NCBI RefSeq assembly: GCF_009914755.1
Contig: NC_060925.1
Reading direction: 5' to 3' (one strand)
Source of the DNA: the human T2T-CHM13v2.0 reference genome, Homo sapiens
Length of the DNA: 64,000 nt
Numbering within the stretch: position 1 is the stretch's first letter; every line of letters starts with the position of its first letter. Shown here in pieces: positions 53,051 through 64,000 of the stretch. The position numbers and the translations under genes were made by a program. Below the pieces are notes generated by a model. It was not told the DNA's origin. It searched no databases and saw only the letters and a list, made by a program, of their open reading frames with translations.

Positions 53051-56000
53051 TATTTCCAGATTTCTTTTCCCTCTGTGCCTTTGCACATACTGTTTCCTCT
53101 ACTGAGAGCATATTTCTGCTATTGCCCTTCCCTTTCTTATCACCTGGCAAGCTCTTTTTAGCCTGCTCAGAGGTTATTTCCTGAAGCCAGTTTATTACAC
53201 TTCCTCCTTTTCTGTATTCCTCCTATAGCATCTGATGTATGCCTTTAAGATGACTATACTGTAGTGTTTTATCACCTCCCTTGACTTTGAGCTCCGTGAG
53301 AACATAAATGGATTATTTCACCTCTCTTCATGATTTGGACAGAACACTCAATTGTTAGACTGGAAAGGAGAAAGGAAACTAAAGTTTGAGTGTCTCTTAT
53401 GTGCCAGGGAATGTGCTTAATTGTGTTGTTTTAGACACAATGGAATAAATTCAATTGCCACAATAAATTTTGTAAGAACATACTATCATAATTAGTATAT
53501 ATTTTTATTACATATTATCTCCATCTTATAGTTCAGAAAACTGAAATTAATTAATTTCCCCAGTTATTAAATACTAGAGCCAGGACTCGAACCAAGGCCT
53601 GTTTTGACTCTACGGTCTCCGGTTATTTCATTTTACTGTGCTGTTTCTTTACTACTAGTGTAATTGATGATATGATCTTGTGTAATGTAAAGAACATGGA
53701 CTTGGACATCATACAGACCTGGATTTGAGTTCTAGTTTACCATTTAATGTTGACAAGTGTCTTAATCGCTATAAATCTCTGTTTCCACCCTTTAAAAAAT
53801 GTGGTTGTTATCATTATTTACTTTAGAGGATTATTGTGAGAATTAAATGAAATAATGTATTAGAGGGTTTTGTGCAGTGCTGGGCACATGATAGATGCTT
53901 TATAAGATGCTAGTTGTATCTTATCTGATCAACAGATAAGTTGATCAACAGGTAGTTGATCTTATCATAGCTACAAGCAACAGAAAAACTTACAGTGGCT
54001 TACAGTGGCTTAGCAAAAAAACTTTTAAATGGCTTCACATAATAAAAAGTTTGGAGATAGTCTTCGATGACTTAAGTTTCTTTCTTTCTTTCTCATAGTC
54101 TTAGGATATCTGTGAAGTTGCAGGTGTTACATTTAAAGCAGAAAAAGGAATGGTATCATCTGTGTCTATATCTTTTATTAGAAGAGAAAAAACCCTTTCC
54201 AGATGTTTCCTTTGTATCTCACTGGCTGGAATTGGTTACATGGACTACTGTAATAGCTTAGCTGCTCTCCTAACTCCAGTCTTGCCATTATCTAAGCTGT
54301 GAAAAACACTGGAAAAGTGGAGAACAAGTTGATTGTGATTAGATCAACAATTATTCTTCTACTAGGGATGAGCACATTGCTCCCTCATATAAAGTTACAG
54401 AAGTGTCTTGTACAGTTCTGGTGGTGGTGGTGATGATGATGCTATGTGATGACATAGCACTGAAAACCATTGCAAGGTATGCTTATCATTTCATTAGTCT
54501 GAAGCAGTTAATAAGTAAGCATTGTGCATTGTTTTAATCCATATCACATAAAGACTAAGAGTAGCTCAGCTATGTCCTTATATTTAAGTGCTAACATTTT
54601 ACAAAATTGGCTTTACAGGCATTTTCTTATCTCATTAGCTTAAGAATGCTTAAAAAAATGCTGCTTCTGTTACTTCTGATTGTTCCTACCCTCCTGACAC
54701 ACACATCAAACAACAAAACCAAGTGGACAACCGCCACTACCAGATATATAACAAAGAAACCCCTTAACATTGCTGGAGTCCCTCTGATAGTTTTTTGTCT
54801 CCTGCTCTTTTTGGAGATCTATAGCTTCAATGTCAACTTCCGGAAGATGATAGTATTCTTAAGGCCACTTTTTCTACCCCTAATATCTCATGTTGGGATT
54901 TCCCCTTTCACTCTTACCAGACTCAGTGAAAACAAAGGGATCTGCTATAGTTCTGCCTTCTACCCCTCAGCTTCCTATTATTGGAGCCTTCCACAATTAT
55001 TAGATCTCCTTCTGCCTTCTCACCCTGTTGATTTTGGGCTGACTGGGAGAGAAGAGGAAAACTGAACTGTGAAGCTCTTGCTGCGTTGCCAGTGATTGGG
55101 AGGATATGTTACCCAATGCTCGCTTGGGTTCTGGGATGAATTTTGCCATAGAAACTGGTATAATGGATGTTTGGGTTGTGTACTATTATTGCTTCTCTAG
55201 TTCAACTACATTTTGGCTTTTGAGGACTGGCCTGAGATCTATAAAATACCACTATATATGATTCCTTTAGGGAAATACTTTGACTGCCAACCAATTTGAA
55301 AACAAACATTCAGAGTAGAATATATTAAATCATGAGTTGAATGACCTATGTTTGGGTTTTTACCATTCTGTACCTTGATAGGATGCTAGAGTAATACACA
55401 CTCATCCCCAGTAAAAAGGCAGAAGCTAAGGACATGGATAATTAGTTGCCTGATTAGTCCCTCTATAATAAAAAAGTTAAGAACATGGAAGATTCGTCTT
55501 GGTTGCAGAATGAAGTATGTTCTTTCCTATGAGTACTTCATATGTATTAATTTTCTTTTTAATATTTACATGTTGAAGCAGTTATTTTTCCATTAGGTCT
55601 TTACTCAGAGAGCTTAGAGATCTATATGTGTAGAGAATTAACATCTGATTATTGCATGATTTCATTCTTTGGCTTAACTAAATTGTTTTACAAATCGAAT
55701 AATTGTTTACTTTTGTATTTTAAAAATTTTCTTCCAGTGTTTTCTCAAGCAAATCAATGTTAATGCCAGATTTTCTAGATCCTTAGATTTACTAGATGGT
55801 TTTTAGTCATTCAGAAGCCACTTATAATTTAGTAGAGTAATAAACATAATAATGATTATCAGGTTCAGCTTCCAAATATTTGAGAGAGAGCATATATATA
55901 CTTTACTGTGACAACTTTTAGAAACTGTTTTGAGATAGATGAAGAAAAGGCAGAAGATATGTTGAGAAGCAGATGTTGTATGACGGAAGTACCCAGCTGT

Positions 56001-59000
56001 GCACTAACAAAATGAATCTCATGCCGATTAGTTAACAATTCTTTGGCAGTCAGAGACATATGTAAAGCAGTGAACACAGCATGGGGAAATAAAAAAAAAT
56101 TAAAAGCATTTTCTAAGCCTAAAACATTGGCAGTATCTAGTCTACCATATGTGTTACTGAAGAATTGGTTTTATTGTGGATAAGTCATACCAAGGTCACT
56201 TGCAAAAAAAATTGGTTAACCCATTAGAGTCTTCATTCTCAAAAATATATATGTGTATATATATATGATCATTATGTATTTCATATATATATAACGTACA
56301 GGCATATTATATGTCATGTATACAATGATCGTATATATAATGATCATAGCAGTGAGTTTATATATGTATTATATATCATACATATATATATATAAAACTC
56401 CTGGGCTCAAGGGATCCTCCCACCTCAGCCTCTCGAGTTGCTGGGATTACAAGCTACTGTAACTGGCTCCATAGCCTTAGTTTAGATTCTTCATCATCCT
56501 TATCTTGACTATTATGTTAGCCTCACAGCTGCTAGTTTTGTCTGATACAGTAGATAGTTTAGATTGTTTAATGATTTCTTCATAACATATATGTTAAAGT
56601 ATAAGATCCTCAAAATTTATAATTTGCCCTCAGTTTATATTAGCTGGGCATTTCCATCTTGTATTATATTGTAAATTCTTTGAGTGGAGCCTAACATCTT
56701 TTTATTCATCACTATGTTGTGGACATAGTAACTACTCAGCTAATAGTTGTTGACTTAATGAGATAGACCTAGGCAGATTCTTGGCTTAGCAATTCAGTAT
56801 GCCTTGCTCAAATTAAAACGAATTATTCTGTTAGTAGGAATAATAACATTATTTTAATATATTAATAATTCACACATAATTTTACAGTAGTAATTTATAC
56901 AGCCCGCTGGTTCTGTTAATTTGAATTAGTAAGATGTTAAGCTATTATGTGCAATGGTTCTGAGTTCCAGTAGTTCTGATTAGAGTTGAAAATTTTTAAT
57001 GCACAGAATATAGTAATGTCTACCTTCTTGAAGACTAGCAGGAAGCTTTGTTTTGGTTAGAATTACTTTCTTTTTCCTAGAAGGGAATTAATGGAATTGA
57101 GTAATAACAAGAGCATACACTAGGTTTTGGATATTTATTGTGGTACAGAGTAAAAATTAGCAGACGACTCCTCATTAGAAGTTTTACTCTTGATCAGAAG
57201 TTTATAAAGCTTATTTTAAAAGTTTATAATCTTTACCTTGTATAAATAAGTCTTTAACCAAGATCATTTATGATGCTTAGAATGTACCAATGATTCGTTA
57301 CTTACCCTAATGGAATATTGTGAGTAACTGGTACAATCCCATCCGTAGTTTTTGTTTTAGTTTGCAACTTTTCTTTTTAAAGTCCCTTTTAACCTAAAGT
57401 TTGATTAATACATTGAAATGTGATAAAAATTGTTGGTTACCTGTTGTGACATTGTTTTTAAGAAAAGTGTTTATATCATGAAAACAAGTTTCTTACAGAC
57501 AGACTATATGTTTTATATATTTATTCATTTTGTAAAAATTGAGGTATAATTTACATATGGTAAAATTTACCCTTTTATAGTATGCATTTCAGTGGTTTTT
57601 AGTGTATTCACAAAGTTATGCAACTATCAGAAGAGGATTTTGGTAAGACGGAGTGGGAAGCATCAGAAGGTCTTACCTCACCTAGACAACAACTGCACTG
57701 GCAGAATCTGTCTGATATAACTATTTTGGATCTCTGGAGTCTACTGAAGGCTTTCACTTTCCAGGGAGAAGATTTGGATCTAATTGTGGTTATTTTTGGT
57801 CAGTTACAGCTCTTCGCATGGTAGCAGCTACCCATCCACTACCCCAGCCCCATGGCAGGCAGTTGTGCCAACAGGTGTTCCAGAAACAGTTTTCACACAG
57901 CTCATGGGAGCTAGAGTGGGCAAAAAGCACCTTGTCCTCCAAATATTGGGGATCTGTGCTCTGATTGCTATTTCTGCTCACAGAGGTGCAGAGAGAGGAT
58001 GGCAGCCTTTGTTGTATACCTACCCCCATTGTTGCAGTCCCCTCCCCCTTCAGCTGAAGTGATTCCAGGGGATTTAAAGGGTTAGCACCTTTACCTCCTC
58101 ATTTTTCTCTTTTTGGGAGCAGACATGAAAGGCTAGAATATTCAAAAACAATGGCATATGTGAGGAAAAATTAGAAAGTGACTGTGCATGCCCAGGGAAA
58201 GGCACAGGTTTGGAAAAGACCTGGGAAAACCTTAAGTTTACATTTCAGGCTGATCATTGGCACAAAGACAATACCAATCAAGACAAAAACAATAAATAGA
58301 AATAACAACAAAACCCAGCAAACCCTGAGGAAAGAGGAGAATCTGATTTCCAGAGTAACCATATTATTAGATTCTAGTTTTCAACATAAAAATGACAAGG
58401 CATACAAAGAAACAGAAAAGTATGGCTCATTCCAAGGAAAAAACTGAATCAACAGAAACTCTTCCTGAAAAAGACCTCATGTCAAATCTACTTGACAAAG
58501 ACTTTGAACAACTGTCTTAAAGATGCTTAGGGAACTAAAGGAAGACGTGGGGAAAGTCAAGAACATAATGTATGAACAAAGTGGAAATCTCAATAAACAG
58601 AAAACCTAAAAAGAAACCAAAAAGAAATTCTGGAGCTAGAAAATACAATAATTAAAATGAAAAATCCATTAGCAGAATTTAAAGGCATATTTGAGCAGGC
58701 AGAAGAATGAATCAGCAAACTTGAAGAGAGAATAATGGAAATTATTGAGTCTGAGGAACAGAAAGAAAAAATACTGAAGAAAAATAAACAGAGCTTAAGG
58801 AATCTGTGTGACACTACCAAGTGGACCAACATAAACATTGTTGGAGTCCCAGAAGGAGAAGAGGGAGAGAAAGGGGAAGAGGGAATATTTGAAGGCTTAA
58901 TGCTGAAAACTTTTCAAAGCTGGTGAAATACATGAATATAAACATCCAAAAAGTTCAATGAACTCCAAGTAGTGTGAACCCAAAGAGACCCACACCAAGG

Positions 59001-59019
59001 CACATAATCATACTTTGAC

Positions 59020-59310
59020 AGCCAGGTGTGGTGGTTTGTGCCTACAGTCCCAGCTACTCAGGAGGCTGAGGTGAGAGGATCATTTGAGGCCAGGAATTCA
59101 AGGTCAGCCTGGGCAACATAGTGAGAACCCACCTCTCTAAAAAATAATAATAAAAAAAATGAGTCAGGTGTGTTGGCATGCACCTGTAGTCCCAGTTACT
59201 CAGGATACTTGGGAGGCTGAGATGAGAGATTGCTTGAGCCTAGGAGTTTGCTGTGATTATGCCACCACACTCCAGCCTAGGCAACAGAGCAAGACCCTAT
59301 CTCTTAAAAA
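59020..59310 (+). mobile_element. Alu (J-like) inserted in the L1M ORF1
   Basis: GCCAGGTGTGGTGG...CCAGCCTAGGCAACAGAGCAAGACCCTATCTC; TSD aatcatactttga / aatcatatttttga. Confidence 0.85.
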
Positions 59311-60871
59311 ATCATATTTTTGAATGACAGAGAATCTTGAAAGCAGTGAGAGAAGCAACTTATCACATACCAGGGATCCTTAATATTATTATTGGCAGAT
59401 TTCTCATCAGAAACTTTGGAGGCCAAAAGGCTGTCGGCTGGCATATTCAAAGTACTAAAAGAAATAAACTATCAGCCAATAATTCTATGTCTGGCAAAAC
59501 TGTCCTACCAAAGTGAGGGATAAATTAAGACATTCTCAGATAAACAAAAGATGAGGGATTTCATTACCACTGGATCTGTCCTGCAAGAAGTGCTTAAGGG
59601 AGTACTGCAGAGTGTAATGAAAGAAGACTAGACAGTAACTCACAGCTGTATGAAAAAATAAAGATCTCAATAAAGGTATATACATGGGTAATTATGAAAG
59701 CAAGTATTATTGTAACAACAGTTTGTAACCCCACTTTTTTTGTTTTCTTCATGATTTAAGAGTAATACATTAAGAAAAACAATCATTAGTCCAAAAGCTA
59801 GTATTATTGTCACTTTGGTTTGTAACTCCACATTTTTTTTCTACATAATTTAAGAAACTATCACATTTAAAATAATTATTAGTTTTTGTTTTTGGCCACA
59901 CAGTGTCTAAAGATATAATTTTGTGACATCAACAGCCAAAAGGGGAGGAAATGGAGCTGTTATGGGAGCAGAGTTTTAGTATGTTGTTGAAGTTAAGCTG
60001 GTAATAATTTAAATTAGAATGTTTTAACTTTAGCATGTTAAATGTAATCCCCATAGTAACCACAAAGAAAATAGCTATAGAATATACACAAAAGGAAATA
60101 AGGAAGGAATTTAAACATTTTACTACAACAAAGTCAGTGAAATACAAAGAAGGCAGTAATGCAGGAAATGATGGACAAAAATGTATAAAGCATATAGAAA
60201 ACAAATAGCAAAATGACAGAAGTATATATCAATAAATGCTTTAAACTTAAATGCGTTAAACTCTTCAACCAAAAGACAGAGATTGGCAGAATGGATTAGA
60301 AAAACATGATTCACTTATATCCTGTCTACAGGAGGCTCACTTTAGATCCAGAGACACAAATAGATTGAAAGTGAAAGGATTGAAAAAGATACTCCATGCA
60401 ATAGTAACCAAAAGAGAGCAAGAGTGGCTATACTGTTATCAGACAAAATAGGCTTTAAATCAAAATGTTGTAAGAGACAAAGAAGGACATTATATATTAA
60501 TAAATGGTTCAATACAGCAAGAGGACACAACAATTAAAATCTGACATATGCCACAACATGGATGAATCTTCAGAACATTATGCTGAGATAAGTCTGTCAC
60601 AGAAAGACAAATACTATATGGTTCTACTTATGCAGTATAGAGTGTAGTCAAAAATCATAGAGACAGGAAGTAGTATGGTGGTTGCCAGGGGTGCAGTGGA
60701 GGATAGAATGCGGAATTAGTATTTAATGGGTAAACAGTTTCATTTTGGTGTAATAAAAATGTTTTGAATAGTGATGATGGTTGCATGATGGTGTGAATGT
60801 ATTTAGTACTACTGAACTGTACACTTAAAAATGATTAATATGTTAACTTTATGTTATGTGTATTTTACAAC

Positions 60872-61234
60872 TATGACAGTCTATTTTGTGCTGCTGTAAC
60901 AGAAAACCTGAGATTAGGTCATTTATAATGAATGGAAATATATTTCTCACAGTTTTAGAACTGGGAAGTCCAAGTCAGGGACTGGCATCTGGCAAGGGCC
61001 TTCTTGCTGCATTGTCCCATGGCAAAAGGGCAAAGAGAGGTCAAGGGAAAGGAAAGGGGATCAAATTCATTTTTTATGAGAAACCTACTTCTGAGACAGT
61101 AGCATTAAATCATTCATAAGGGCACAGCCCTCATGGGCTAATCACCTCTTAAAGGTATCACCTCTTAATACAATTACAATGGGAATTAAACTTCAACGTA
61201 ACTTTGGGAGGGGATAAATATTAAAAACATAGCA
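60872..61234 (-). mobile_element. MaLR solo LTR (MSTC/D-like) in the L1M 3' end
   Basis: GTCTATTTTGTGCTGCTGTAACAGAAAACCTGAG...CTAATCACCTCTTAAAGG...AAACATAGCA. Confidence 0.75.
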
Positions 61235-61238
61235 ATCA

Positions 61239-61629
<391 letters not shown>

Positions 61630-62364
61630 TCATTAGCAGTTACTTTTCTGCTTAGCCCCTGGCAACCACTAAATGACTAAAAATAAAAGCTGAAGCTATG
61701 ATAGGAATGTCTTATTCTAATTTTGGTAATATTCATTATATTTTAAGTAGACAGATGTAAATAATGGGCAAATAATGCTTTTAATTATTTTCTTTAACCC
61801 GTCTTAGAGCCAAGAAGCTTCTTTCAAGGCAGTGGTACATGGTGGAGGCTATCAGAGTTTCTAGAATAATTATCTAGGCTGAAAGTCATATCTGGGCTTT
61901 TTGGTGATCTTTCTATGTGAGCACGTACAGCTAATTTGACTAATTCTCTTCAAATATTTCTTGAAGATGTATGTTACAACAAGGCTTAGGTTATAATATT
62001 AGAATAGGCCTTCTCTTTTGAGTGGAGTAATATGATTATTCTAATAAAGATCCTTTCTTCACTGAGGCTACTGTTTGGGAGTTGAAGTAACTGGGAAATT
62101 TGAACCTACCCTTCTCCTTTCACATTATATCACCAGTATAAGAGCAGAATTGTCAGATATTCCGTTAAATATTGGATACGAAATGTTTTTTAATTGATAA
62201 ATAATTTGTGTGTGGCAGTATTTCTGCATTCTTGTCCTATAAACTAATATCAGAGTTCTTTGGTTGCTGTGACATGCCTCCTCAGATTAATAGTGAGATT
62301 TCTTCCTGTAGGTAACCCTAATTTCTTTTAAAGCAATGATTTATGGTATTATGATCTAAATGCC

Positions 62365-62483
62365 TTTTTTTTTTAAGAGATGGGATCTCACCATGTTGCC
62401 CAGGCTGAGCTCAAGCTATCCTCCCACCTCACCTTGGCTTCCCAAAGTGCTGGGATTACAGGCATGAGCCACCATACCCGGCC
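62365..62483 (-). mobile_element. Alu monomer/fragment
   Basis: GAGATGGGATCTCACCATGTTGCCCAGGCTG...CCCAAAGTGCTGGGATTACAGGCATGAGCCACC. Confidence 0.8.
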
Positions 62484-62537
62484 CTCGATGCATTTTTAAT
62501 GTTACATTAGTTGCTAAAAAATAAAACATAAAAAAGA

Positions 62538-62885
<348 letters not shown>

Positions 62886-63059
62886 TTAATGAGGACATAG
62901 ATGCCTAGTCTAAGCAAAATAGATAAGAAGTTGCTGATCGTAATTGATGAGAATGACGTCACAGTGGAATAGCAGATAATGCATGAGTGGTGAATTTCCT
63001 CGTTTAGTCTTACTTTGAGGCAGCAAATAAATCCTTTATAAGTGTTGCATTACTTTTAT

Positions 63060-63060
<1 letters not shown>

Positions 63061-63096
<36 letters not shown>

Positions 63097-63106
63097 CAGA
63101 GAGAGA
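63061..63106 (+). repeat. (GT)17 followed by (GA)n microsatellite
   Basis: Direct reading. Confidence 0.92.
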
Positions 63107-63367
63107 GGCTTCAATCCTTAAATCATGTAATATTAAGAAAAAACAAATGAATTCACTTAGAAGATTTGGGGCTGGATCTATATTTTTTCATCATTTTAAC
63201 ATTTGGGGGTTAAAATTTCCAGACCGTTGGAGACGACATCCATCCAGAACAGAGTAGATCCTGGAGATTCTGGATAAATTATCTGCAAGTGCATTTTTTT
63301 TTCCCAATAGATTGAGTTTATTATCAACATTCAGTTTGCTGATTAAAAAATTTTTCAGTATATCGAT

Positions 63368-64000
<633 letters not shown>

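Noticed and set aside
54607-55065. 152-aa hydrophobic ORF
   Set aside because: Begins at a non-ATG codon, has no recognisable domain, and has a composition typical of AT-rich intron; no supporting gene structure.
62954-62961. Isolated CRE palindrome TGACGTCA
   Set aside because: A single 8-mer with no supporting context; about one is expected by chance in a window this size.

Overview
Primate genomic DNA, almost certainly human, covering the 5' end of MAGI3 on the + strand. A CpG-island promoter (~3.4-5.0 kb) is followed by coding exon 1 (ATG 4485, PDZ0 domain, donor CCAG|gtacgc at 4800/4801) and then ~59 kb of intron 1; no second exon is recognisable. The intron is a typical repeat mosaic: Alus, a 2.8 kb 5'-truncated L1PA, old L1M elements, LTRs (MST, MLT1, LTR33, MER51, MER52), DNA-transposon relics (MER44, MER33/Charlie, MER63-like), microsatellites and a 25-bp AT-rich minisatellite. 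An HNRNPA3 processed pseudogene runs off the right edge. I found no evidence of a new multi-gene system. The most interesting signals are mechanistic scars readable directly from the sequence: (1) an L1 3' transduction bounded by a perfect 18-bp TSD; (2) a composite templated insertion built from two nearby loci in opposite orientations with microhomology junctions; (3) an out-of-frame uORF overlapping the MAGI3 start codon; (4) an internally deleted but end-complete L1M with a preserved TSD; (5) several local fold-back and duplication scars. Repeat family names come from recalled consensus sequences, not from a database search, and old-repeat boundaries are approximate.
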